From contig JYFJ02002182.1 in NCBI GenBank assembly GCA_000934665.2, forward strand, positions 1-61,469: a DNA stretch of 61,469 nt, written 5' to 3'. Below, one piece after another: positions 25,768 to 37,305 of the stretch. Position numbers and translations under genes: made by a program. The notes below the pieces were generated by a model. It had not been told where the DNA came from and did not search any database. It was given only the letters and a program-made list of their open reading frames with translations. How positions within the stretch are numbered: position 1 is the stretch's first letter; each line of letters starts with the position of its first letter. Source of the DNA: Catajapyx aquilonaris (taxonomy: Eukaryota).

Positions 25768-26876
25768 GAGCAATTAATTGCAATTGATATAATGCCAACC
25801 ATGCCAATATGTGGTGCGCACTTGGTTGGGCTACATTTTTAAAAATCTTACTATGACAGCAATGACAATTGCAGTACAAGTACAAGTACAAGCTAGTTAC
25901 AATAGGAATATTAGTTTGTCCACCCAACCAAGCATGCCGCGCAAAAAGGACTCAGAACAAGTAATGCCCTCTATTGGCAATATCTGGAAACACAATCCAT
26001 GCACTTTGATTGCACATATTTTAACTTAATTTGTCTTTTAAAATGCTTATTAGCACACAAAATGACTTGTTAAATCTGCATAAGCACTAACATTATTCTA
26101 AAAATTAAACATGAGTTTACACAATCTAGCTGTACACTGCGACCAATCAGATTGCAGTGTGCAATCCTGTCGACCAATAGTATTTAGCTTGGTTTCATGC
26201 ACAATCAGTTAATGTTATTATTGAACATTATTAATTTTTTAAAATTAAAGCAATTATTACTTCATTAATAAATGAAGCTTTTGCCTAGATAAATAGCCAG
26301 TTATTCATCTTGCAACACTGTTCAGCTAAAAGGCGCGGACGCCATATTTCTTTTCCTGTTCGATCCCTTGTCACTTGCCCTTTTAAGTGACAACCCGGTG
26401 CATTTCGTCCCTTCCTTCGAGGCCAGCAGTGTACAGACAGGGTAAGATCACAACTGCACACCCACAACAATTACCTGTCGGCTCTAATCACAAGCATTAT
26501 GAGGGCATGTATAGTTGCAGACCCGTTCGGTTGAAAAATTGCATTATTGGCACCCCTTGCCAAGTCACATGTCCCAGTGTAGCCAATGCTAATTGGCATG
26601 TTTAATTAGTCGCAATGAGCACGGAGAGAGGGTCCAACTATCACCTCTAGCGTCACATTTGAATGAAAAGTCCGCAAGTCACTTTCGAGCGATCAGTACT
26701 TACTTACGTGGAAATATTTCATTTAATCACACTTTATCCTGTTGGGAACACTGTTGGGTAACACATGTGAAAACATTGCAATTTTCTTCCTTCTTTTACT
26801 TGCCAAAAGACATTTTGTCAGAACATTGCATGCATACTCAATCATGAAATCATCATCTACATGAAAACGTACGCTT

Positions 26877-26990
26877 TAAAGCCGCAATTACATGCGAGCA
26901 ATTTATCGGCGATATGAGCGATGAGACTATAATAGCTTACCTCAGCTATGTACATCGCTGATAGATCGCTTGCATGTAACCGCGGCTTTA
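26877..26990. mobile_element. Small PIF/Harbinger-like MITE
   Basis: TAAAGCCGCAATTACATGCGAGC..ATCGGCGAT pairs with ATCGCTGAT..GCTTGCATGTAACCGCGGCTTTA. Resembles 32663-32793. Confidence 0.6.
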
Positions 26991-27095
26991 GCACAGCGCC
27001 AATAATACGGTTAATTGCTAACTATTAATGGAGCACTACAGTTTCTAATTAACACTGACCACACATTCCAGCGATAAGTTCATGTCGCCTGCAAT

Positions 27096-27631
27096 TCAAG
27101 CGGTCCACTTGTGACACCTGGTGTCCTGATGCACTCCGAGGCATTTAATACAGCAGTAGCGTGCACCGCATGGGATGCAAGTGTAGTCACTTGGAAATCC
27201 GCACACTGCGCAGAAGTGTCGGTCCGGAAACTGAGACGGGGGAGCTTGAGCCGTGAAATAATTCGGGTATTCAGTATTAACTTGTTGGTCCTCTTCCAGC
27301 AGTTGCGCCAGAGTCTTACGGAATCGCTGCTTGTAGTAATCCGGAGTCTGGCTCTTACGCTTTGCGCGGCTGCTTCGGGAATCAAGAGTGTCCTGGAACT
27401 TCGGAGCTTTCTTGCTCATCACTGCAATGAAACCAAATTTAGTTCTCGACATCTTTTCCCGACATAACGACAGTATCACAACTTACCCAAATCTGCATGA
27501 GGATCATCATGGAAGTTGTCCTGCTCCAGAGCCTCCAGAGCCTTCCTGGCTCTCCTCTTTCTGGTTGCATCATCCAAAACCCGTCTGGAATTCACCTCCT
27601 TCAGTCTACCCGATTCGCGTATGGCTGCCAT
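27096..27631 (-). CDS. ZNHIT1: Zinc finger HIT domain protein 1 (SWR1/SRCAP subunit, Vps71/Swc6), 156 aa
   Basis: Exons 27631-27487 and 27421-27096. Motifs RARKALEALEQDNFHDDPHADL and FCAVCGFPS.YTC..CGARYC...CL..HQDTRC.KWT. Confidence 0.95.
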
Positions 27632-27668
27632 CGCGTTCCCTTCAAGTACGATCCAGTACAACAAGAGT

Positions 27669-29995
27669 TCAATTATTGTCGGCCAGCGGGAAGCTTATCT
27701 TGTCCATAAGGTCATCAATTTGCATCTGAAGTGTCTCGATGATGTCTGATGAGATGAAAATGTGGGTCTCGTCCAGATCTTGAATAATAAACTTCTTTCC
27801 AAGGGCGTTCGTTTCGTCCAAGTGAAGTAGAAATTGCTTCATGGCAGGGTCGCTGTCGGACAAAAATTTGAATATTAGTTAGGTGCCACATTTTCATTAA
27901 CTACATAAATTGGTGATCACTTCCAGGATGTCACGACGTAAGGGACTGAGTGCAAGCGAGAAGCGAGATAAGATGATGCAGATCTTTTACGAGAGAAAGG
28001 ATTTTTTCCAGCTCAAGGTACGCTCTTTGCACGTCATGCAATTGCATTAAAATGCACACAAATAATTGTACATTGCACATTACAGGAGCTGGAGAAGATA
28101 GCCCCAAAGGACAAAGGAATAATATCCCAGTCGGTGAAGGAGGTCCTACAGAGCCTGGTGGACGACAGCCTGGTGGACACGGAGAAAGTTGGATCATGCG
28201 TGTACTTCTGGGCGTTTCCCAGCAAAGCGATTAGCAATCGCAAGAGGAAGCAATCGGACATAGAGGGCCAGCTGGGGGAGGCCAAGAAGCGGCACAAGGC
28301 GGCCAAAACCCAGCTGGAGAAGGCCATGGTCGGTCGGGAGGATTCGGAGGGACGGACCCAAATCTTGGAGGAGCTGGCCGCCTTGAACACGGAGAAGGAG
28401 AGGCTGCTAGCGGAGATACAGAAGTACAGCGACAACGATCCCGAGGTACTTGACGCCATGAGGAAGGTCACTGAAGTAAGTTCATCATCTTGCAATTACG
28501 TTTCAGAATTTGGCTAGCATAATTATGTATCAATGTGGAACCCGGCCTGTTTCCATCATGGTCACGTAATGAACAGCAATCAATCGTTGTTTTTTTTTGC
28601 TGCCATGTTGATAATCATGTTGGCATGGACAAACAAACAAACAACCATTGCAATGGAGACCCGCTGCTGTGGACAAACGAAACTTTGCCTTCATGCAGGC
28701 ATAAAATTGGTGTGAGATGGTCAAGCAAACAAACTTTGCCTTTTTCAATACTCTTTGTTCATCTCAGATATAAAATGGGTATGAAATGGGAACAAAAGGC
28801 CAAACAAACAAACTTTGCCGTTTATACATCAATATTCCTAATTCTTTTCACAGATATAAAATGGGTACGAAATGGACACAAAATGGCCAAACAAACTAAC
28901 TTTGCCATTTATATAATTGTAAAGATAAACATGGAGATTAATGTCTCGCTAATCCTCATTCACAAGATTTTGTGCGCATTTTTTTTTTAAGTGCATGTTT
29001 TTACGTGCCAACTGTTGAGAGTTGAAAGATGACTAATGAATTAAATTATTTATGAATAATTAATTTACCTAATAATTACTAATCTAGGTGTCGAAGGACG
29101 CTGCCAACCGTTGGACCGACAACATCCAGGCCCTGAAGTCGTGGTGCAAGAACAAGTTCTTCATCGAGGAGGCAACGATGAACAAGAACTTTGGAATACC
29201 CGAAGATCTGGACAACATCTAACTTAAAGTTCTGAAGAAGTTCAGCCATTTTTGTTCCATAATGTAAAACTGTTCTGTCAATAAAATAGACATGGTAGCT
29301 GGATAATTGGCTCATCATTTACACTGGGTTCAGTGGGGCTTAACGTCGGCCTATTTCCGCCTCTAAGGCTCAACACCGACGCCAGGGGGTGGTCCTCCTC
29401 CTGGAAATTAGGCCACTCTGGGGATCTTTAACGTGCACTCGCGCAATGTCACAAGCACACGGGACCGACGGCTTTACTTCCCCTCCGAAGGAAGGCGCAC
29501 TCTCACTTTTCTACCACCCGGAGAAAAGTCACCGACCTCGGCCGGGTTCGAACCCACAACCTTGGGACCAGAGGCGAGTGCGCTAACCACTAGTCCACCA
29601 AGGCCAGCCATCATTTACACTGTAGTCGCAATTATCCGTGTTGCGGATTATCCGTCCATTGCCATTTTAATCAAAGGAAAATACATAAATTACTGCCCTA
29701 CTTTTCTTCATCTACAGGCAAATTCCTTGACATCTCTTCCCCAACGTGGCTCTTCCATGTGGCTCCTTAGCGTATAAGTTGTCCAAATGAAACATTCTCC
29801 AGAAATTTCTATTTGTGATATCAACATGCAGGTGGATTTTGTGCTAGGCGACTGGTGTTTGGGCAAGTACAATGTACTTCCAGCATACACTTATTCTACA
29901 GTTGTTACCCCCCATCTAGGGGGTCATCATTTTTTGACCTATTGACCCGTTGAACCTTACCACTCGACCAGAATTCCCTTCAGAACGTTGACCAT
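27669..29995 (-). CDS. GTF2H5: TFIIH subunit p8/TTDA (TFB5), 72 aa, 2 exons
   Basis: Exon 1 at 29995-29961 ([17 protein letters not shown] donor). Exon 2 at 27852-27669 ([30 protein letters not shown]). Splice phase matches. Confidence 0.93.
27928..29222 (+). CDS. MND1: Meiotic nuclear division protein 1, 204 aa, 3 exons
   Basis: Exons 27928-28017, 28086-28475 and 29088-29222. Motifs [50 protein letters not shown] and [14 protein letters not shown] at 29280. Confidence 0.95.
29327..29608 (-). mobile_element. tRNA-derived SINE (Deu/Nin-like core) with a 14-bp TSD
   Basis: Head with box A (TGGACTAGTGG) and box B (GGTTCGAACCC). Core CCTTCGGAGGGGAAGTAAAGCCGTCGGTCC..GCACGTTAAAGATCCC. TSD CATCATTTACACTG at 29313-29326 and 29609-29622. 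Confidence 0.85.
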
Positions 29996-30278
29996 CACTG
30001 GAAGTCAGCCATGTTGTGTTCGAATCGAATTAGATATCGACACACTACCGAGATAAATTTACAAAATAGTGATACTATCGTCACTATCAAGCGCATGAGC
30101 ATCATCCAAGTGTCACTTGATGTTGTAACTTTCACTACCAATGAACACTACGCATGCGTATTGGCTACCAGTTGATCATGTAAATTTATATGATAAGACT
30201 TCAATTTTTATTTTTTTTTCCCCCTGTACCTAATGACCCCTAGCAGTAATTAGTCGGCCCTTTTTTTAATTGGTGACC

Positions 30279-31551
30279 ATGGCCTTCGTAAGCCGGCTGC
30301 ACTGCGCCCAACGCAGCTTCTCCTCCTCAGCCTCCCTCAGAAACATGCAGGGTCAGCTCATCAACCAGGTCACGGTCATCGGAGGAGGACTCATGGGATC
30401 AGGGATCACGCAGGTAGAGGAGCTGGATGGCTTGGGTCAAAGGTCACTCTGTACTCAACATTTCGTCTTTAAACCAGGTGACGGCCCAGGCGGGTCAGAA
30501 GGTCACGCTGGTGGAGCTGAACGAAGACTTGCTCAAGAAGGCCAAGGGGAACATCGAGAAGAGCTTGCAACGGGTGGCCAAGAAGCAGTTCAAGGTACGC
30601 CTACCGTGTGTGTCGTAATTGAGCTTAACCTTCTTATCTACGCAGGACAATCCAGCGGAGGCGGTGAAGTTCGTGGCCAACGCCATGTTGAACATCACGA
30701 CCAGCACCAACGCCGAAGAGGCCGTCAAGACATCGGACTTGGTCATAGAAGCCATTGTTGAGAATATTGATATTAAAAGAAAGCTGTTTAGCAGCCTTGA
30801 TAAAGTACGTACTGTACTATACATGCATTGAAGCCACAAAATCGTTTCGCATCATATTGAGCACTAATTACAAGCATTATGATCATTTTAGGTAGCCCCA
30901 TCGCACACGCTATTTGCGTCAAACACATCGTCTTTGCCTATATCGGAAATGGCTTCCAGCACTAATCGCAAGGATAGGTTCGGCGGACTCCATTTCTTCA
31001 ATCCCGTACCCATGATGAAGCTTCTTGAGGTTAGCCGATGCGATTTGTGTACGTAACTTGGTAAATCGCAGCGGTTCCTTCCAAAACAGGTGGTCCGAAC
31101 GCCCGAGACTTCAGATGACACATTTGACAAGATGGTTGACTGGGGCCGATCCATCGGTAAGACCACCGTCGCCTGCAAGGACACCCCAGGCTTCATCGTC
31201 AACCGCCTTTTAGTGCCGTACATGGCCGAAGCTGTTCGGATGCTCGAAAGAAACGATGCAACAGCAAGAGACATTGATCTCGCAATGAAATTAGGCGCAG
31301 GATATCCAATGGGTCCTTTTGAACTGGCCGATTACGTTGGACTCGACACCGTCAAGTTCATAATGGACGGTACGTAACATCATGCACCGAACAACTTTGC
31401 GATTATTACATCCGCTTTATTTACAGGCTGGCACACAAGATTCCCAGACGAAGGACTGTTCAAGCCATCAACGATGGTCAACAAACTCGTCGGCGAAGGA
31501 AAGCTCGGAGTCAAATCCGGGGAAGGATTCTACAAGTACGATCGCAAATGA
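30279..31551 (+). CDS. HADH: Mitochondrial 3-hydroxyacyl-CoA dehydrogenase, 317 aa, 6 exons
   Basis: Exons 30279-30413, 30478-30594, 30646-30804, 30892-31029, 31090-31369 and 31427-31551. Motifs [49 protein letters not shown] and [15 protein letters not shown]. Confidence 0.96.
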
Positions 31552-31724
31552 AGCAACGGGCAGTATTGTACCAGAAGGGGTCCATATAACATATTTTGGG
31601 GCGAAACATTTATTTTGAATAAACCTTACTTTTTTTAGCATCCGATTTCCGTATTGTCTTGTGCTAGTCATGAAAAGCATGGCTACAATCGTAACACTTT
31701 TATTTTGCACTTGAACTATTGCAG

Positions 31725-34700
31725 TTATCCTGACTTTTTCGACTTGATGGTCTTCAAACTTGCCCTGGACGGCCGTTTGCTCAGCGAAATGCTTGAAGCC
31801 GTTACACGGATACTAGAGTCTTCCTTGGTTTCTGCGTCTTTCTTCTCTTTGATCTCTTCATCTGGGTCCTTGACCACCACAGACGGAGTGCTTTTCTTCA
31901 CAGATGACCCCTTAGATGATTTCTTGATCACTGCAGTCGTGCCCTGTATAGTTATACCTGCCTCCTCGATTGATCCAGCATCGGGCGACTCCCCCATCAT
32001 ATTGGTTGGCTCCCCGTTCGCTGCGGCCGAGTCTTTGGTCGCTGCAGCTACGGCCGAGTCTTTGGTCGCTGCAGCTACGGCCGAGTCTTTGGTCGCTGCA
32101 GCTACGGCCGAGTCTTTGCTCACTGCAGCTACGGCCGAGGCTTTGCTCACTGCAGCTACGGCCGAGGCTTTGGTCACTGAAGCTACAGCCGAGCCTTTGG
32201 TCACTGAAGCTGCGTCAGTCTCTTTGATCGATTTCCCCTCAGGCACTTCCTTGATCACTGGCATGACGGCCACGTCGGACTCGGCAGCCCAATTCTTCCT
32301 CCTCCGCTGCAGCAGGGGCTTTGCGGTGATGGAAATGTCCGGCTTCGCCTTCGGAATTGTCGGCTTCATCACATTAACCTGGTTGGAAAACAATTTTTTA
32401 GTGACTACAGCGCTTTTCCGAGTGCAACGGACTCACATGCCCCGGCTTCGTCGGTATGGTCACGTTGAAGGTTGGCTTGAAGGTGCTGTCCCCAACGATC
32501 CTGGAGAATCTGTAGTGGTTGGGTGCGGGGACCGGAGTGACGAACGACTGGAAGCGCTTCTTCTTCGAGGTCATCAAGTTCTTCTGCTCTTTGCAAACCT
32601 TGGGGTCGTACGAGCCAGGGCCTGTGCGGAGAAGGCAGAAGAAAGTATAATTTCATGACTAACCCCGCGTTTAACGTGTGAGCGATTTAATCAGCGATGA
32701 AATCAATTGACTTGGAGCGATACACGATTGTTACCTTTGCCCCCAAACGATTAGATTCATCGCTGATTAAATCGCTCACATGTGAACACGGCCTAATATT
32801 ACTGCAGCGCAATGCTCTGTAAATAAACCAACAGCCTTCCGCCCCGACAAAACATTGGGAAAGTATACGGCCACGTACTGGGGGACGGTCCCAGCCTCCT
32901 GTCCATCTTCGGGTCTCCGAACGGACCGAATCTGGTCATAGAGCTGAAGAATGGGGTGGCCTTGGAGGCAGGGTGACCCGTGATCAGCGGAATGGTCAGG
33001 TTGTAACGATTCGGAGCAATCTGGGGCTGGAAAGGAAACGCAATCGACGACAATTGAACGCCATTTCGGGAGTTACGACTACTCACGACGACAGGCGAGA
33101 TCTCCTTCTGGGTCATTCTCCTTGTTTTCGACCTGAAGGCGCTTCCGTGGGCAGGCACGGCCTTCACCGGTTGTCTGGGCGTGTACCTCGTGGAAGGCGG
33201 AACCTGCAGAATAGTCTTGCTGAACAGCATGGTGCTCCTCTCCGTGCTGACGAGGAAAGCGCCGGCGACGGTCCTGGTCATCCACTTCTGCGATTATGCG
33301 ATTCAGTAATTACGTCAGTTGTACTCTTCAAATTTCCACCGAGATGTCATGCAACAAGTGTCGATGCTTTTTACACCTGTCGACACGACCGAACTTGCCT
33401 GTTTCCTCCACTTGTCCGCCAAGCACGGGAGGTTGTATCTCCCCGGACCAGGCACGACATCCCCGCCTCCTTCCCTGAACCTCTCCGCCTTCCCAGCAAT
33501 GTTGGATCCCTTCTGCATTCCCCGCTGCTCGTAGAAGTACAGAGAAGGCGACTTCGGCCTCGGGTAGGTCTCCGGCCCCGGAGTGTCTGACACTTTGAAG
33601 TAGGTCTTCTTGCGCCCCTCGTTAGTGAACGAGGAAGTGGGGATCTGGTGGCGTGGATCCGGGTGCCACGGGTCGTGAAAGTGGTACGCTCCAGGTCCTG
33701 CGAATATAACGAGTAAGTACTGTACAGGCGCAACTGAGCCGCATGTCAGACCTGGACACCACTTGTGCCGCTCCTGCCGCACCAGCCGATCCAGCGACCT
33801 CAGTTTGTCAGTCCCGAACTTGACGCCCGTGTTGTTCGGTCCCCACGGACTGAACGAGAGTACGTCCACGTTGTACCTGTTCGGCGGAGGAGCGCGTGAG
33901 GGAGGAGACGGCATGCGTGGGGTCTGCAGGAAGTGGATCCCGTGATACAGCTCATGCGACATGGGGGGCGCGGCCGCTCCGAAGTACCGATCCGGCCCAG
34001 GCGGAGGCTCGTACTCATGCCGAACCTGCTGGAGACGACCTCCGGGCATCTCGGTGTAACCTACAATACAACGAACATCAGGTCATACTTCTATAACTTA
34101 CAGTAATGTATTTTAGGGCATGTAAGACGCACCACCAACAAATTAGTGCATTTTTGCATATACGACGCAGGGCAATTTTTTGAGCCACTTTTTCCTATGC
34201 CGTCAAATAAGTCCCGCAGTACTCACCCACGATATTCTTCGACGGTATGGACGCATAGTCCCTGATTGGTGGCTTCCTTCGTCGCAATGGTGGCTTTACG
34301 GCCAGAATCCGCTTCGAAATGTCTCCTCTGGTGTCATACCGAGTCGCTGGCGGACCTGTGGCCATTCCCTTTGGCTTCGCAAATCTGGCGGCCGTGTTGA
34401 ATCCCAAGCTGGTGTAACCCTTCACCTGGAGGCATGCTGTGCTTACGACTGGAGGGTAGTAGTGAGCAGGACTCGGCTCCGCTTTACGATGCTGCTCTGC
34501 GATTCTTTCTTGCCAACGCTGATCGGTCGACAGGAACGGAGCGGCGCTTGCTGTAAAGTCAGGTGAAATTAAAGGCAAATATTGAAGCAATTCCGCAACA
34601 ACCTGTACTGACATGTAGTCTTCTTGATTGCGGTGTCCTTAAACGGCTGGTAGTTCGGAGGCCCGATGGCGGTGGTGGTTCCACTGGGCCTGTTCAAGAA

Positions 34701-34727
34701 AGATTCTCCTTTGCCACGGCTGAACAT
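31725..34727 (-). CDS. Sperm-tail PG-rich (SHIPPO/PGP-repeat) protein, STPG2/ODF3-like, multi-exon
   Basis: Recurrent P(G/S)Pxx(Y) motifs: IGPPNY, PSPAHY, PGPDRY, PGPETY, PGPGRY, PSPSTW. APFLS near the N-terminus. Internal exon bounds are only approximate. Confidence 0.7.
32020..32215 (-). repeat. 27-bp coding tandem repeat (KDSAVAAAT, ~7 copies)
   Basis: GCTGCAGCTACGGCCGAGTCTTTGGTC units. Confidence 0.9.
32663..32793. mobile_element. Intronic MITE, TAA-flanked
   Basis: TGTGAGCGATTTAATCAGCGATGAA pairs with TTCATCGCTGATTAAATCGCTCACA. Confidence 0.65.
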
Positions 34728-35084
34728 GGCTGGTTCTTAATTCTACCCACGTCGTCTCCTACAGTTCCCTTTCCCCCCCAACAAATCAAGCATTACCCAG
34801 CAATAGAGTTTATTGTTAATGGTGTTGTTCAACAAAAAATTGCGATGATGTCACTCTAACAATGAACAAGTCGCCAGGGAACCTGCGAGTCATTAAATTG
34901 TTAAGAGTGACGTCGCATTAGTTCGCTAATCAAGTGCTTTCCGAAGATTTTGGAAATGAGAGGTGTTGATGTAGGACCGTTAAAAGATTTATCGGCATGT
35001 CAGAGACGCAAACATTTATTGTAAATTCTGCATAAACATAAAGAGAGCAAATTCGTTCACATCGAACGTGTCGCAAAATCCTGC

Positions 35085-36989
35085 TTAAGTCTTCTGCTTC
35101 TTCAGGCGCTTCGCGTGCTTGTGCGCCCCTTTGACCTGTCCCTTCCGTCTTTTCTCGCCCTCGATCTGCTTCTGCCTCTTCTTGCTCATCTGCTGGAACT
35201 CCGAGTCGGCCAAGAGCTCGTCCACTAGGCTCTTCTTGGTCTCCTTCTTGGTCAGCCGACTGCTGTAGTAATCGGCTGCTCCGGCGACTACCTTTCCCTT
35301 CTGGAAGTACTTTGGCAGCACCTTCAGGTCCGATTCCTTGTAGAATCGCTTCTTGTCCAGGACGGACCGCATCTTGATCACCTCCAGTTCTCGCTTCAAT
35401 TCAGCCGTCATCTCGGTAGCAGGAAGATTATACCAGTCGGCTCCCTTTGTCTTCTGGCTCTCCTTCTGCGGTGGACAAAGAGATGAAAAGGTCAACTAGT
35501 TTCTTTGTAGATAAAAAATTATAACCTCATTGGCATCAATTAAACATAACCAAATTGTACGTAAATTATACACAAACTGTACAAGAATTGTCCACGAATT
35601 GTACATGAATTCTTCATAAATTGTATATAAATTATTTATGTGCAATTAGTACACATGTATTGTGCATTAATTGTGCATACATGAATAGGAAGTCAAGTGT
35701 TTGTATGAAATGCAGACCTTTCTCTTCCTCTTTTCCGACTTCAGACTCGGATTGTATTTCGGAGCCCTTTCCAGCTGCTCGAATCCAGGCTGGATGACCG
35801 TCTTCGTCATCACTCCGTCCAGCTTGTTAAAGCGAACCGCCAGCTCACGGTTGCGCTCCTTCAGGTCCTTGGGAAGCTTCTCGTGCTTCTCACGCTTTTT
35901 CAAATTCAGTATCGGCTCTTCTTCCACCCTGAAAAACGTCACAACACCCGTCATACAACCAGGTATGGGACAGTCTCACGCCTGGAATAATTAAGCTTAT
36001 TCGAATCTATACATATGGTGCCAACTTCATCCTAATTATTCAATACTCGTCGCATGCACTGGGCGACTGTTTTAATGCAACCAACTTACTCGATTCTCTT
36101 CCTCTTCTTCCGTTTCCGAGTCTCCTGCTCTTCCTTCTGGGTCAGCATAGTGTACAACCTCTCTGTAAAACCATAAATGCCATTACAACCTGCAGTTACA
36201 CACAAACAGGCATACATACATAAAAACCGACAAACAAACAAGCAAGCGTACGAATGAACAAGCAAATGAACATACATGAAAACAAAAAAGCAAGCAAACT
36301 ATTCAATAAACTAACTAGCTAACTAATTAACTAGCTAACACACGAACTAATTAAGTAACCAACTAGATAACGGATGAACTAATTACATAACCAACTAGCT
36401 AAGGGACAAACTAATTAAGTAACCAACTAGCTAATGGACTAATTAAGTAACTAACTAGCTAACAGACTAATTAAGTAACCAACTAGCTAACGGACGAACT
36501 AATTAAGTAACCAACTTGCTCACGGTCGAACTAATTAACCAACTAGCTAACGGATGAACTAAGTAACCAACTTGCTAACGGACTAATTAAGTTACCAACT
36601 AGCTAACGAATGAACTAAGGAACTAACCAACTAATTAACAAAGTAACTAACAAACGAACAAAGTAACTAATTTAAGTTACTAACCAACTAATTAACTGAC
36701 TGACTGACGAACTATGTAACAAACGAAGGAACTAAAGAATTAACCAATTTAATTACCTAACTGACTAATGAACTATCTAACGAACGAACTAAGTAACTAA
36801 AGATCAAACTGACCAACTAATTAAATTAACTAGAGAGGTAATTGTAGAACCTTTCAGTTGCAGGCCTACACAACAAACCGCCATACGTTTGGTGAGGTAG
36901 AAGGGCAGCTCCAGGTCGGCATCGGGCTCGTCCATCATCATGTCGTCCAGCTTCAGGCTGAGAGGGTACCTTCCTCCTTCAGCTTCCAT
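35085..36989 (-). CDS. DNTTIP2: Fcf2-domain pre-rRNA processing protein (DNTTIP2-like), ~255 aa, 4 exons
   Basis: Exons 36989-36887, 36162-36090, 35928-35718 and 35465-35085. Fcf2 motifs TKGADWYNLPATEMT, MRSVLDKKRFYK, LPKYFQ.G and SLVDELLAD. Confidence 0.87.
36300..36835. repeat. Intronic degenerate minisatellite (AACTAGCTAAC/AACTAATTAAG)
   Basis: Repeated AACTAATTAAGTAACCAACTAGCTAAC units. Confidence 0.85.
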
Positions 36990-37305
36990 CTTGCTCTGAA
37001 ACTAGGCCCGGTTCTAATAACAATGCCGGAGAGAAAACTACGTTAACGAAGCCTAATCAAAAATCAAAAGCCATCGGCCATGCTTTCAGAGGTGGTTATT
37101 AACACTGTGCGGCAGTGCTGGATCGCACTTTCGGGCTGATTGGCCGGAATCAGGAGCGCCACTCACCCTCTTGGGTCTGTCACCAGGCGGTGGCCGTGTA
37201 AAGGCCTTTTGCAGGATGAGTTGTTGTACCCAGCTGATTTTTCCAGCTTGAGAATTATTATTATTTTTTATTAATTTCTTAACAAGTCCACTGTCCACAA
37301 GAAAG

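Noticed and set aside
29530..29608. Second tRNA gene
   Set aside because: It is the SINE head: continuous with the SINE body, bounded by the TSD, and lacking a proper acceptor stem.
31654..32658. 334-aa plus-strand ORF
   Set aside because: Antisense shadow of the STPG2-like exons and the 27-bp repeat.
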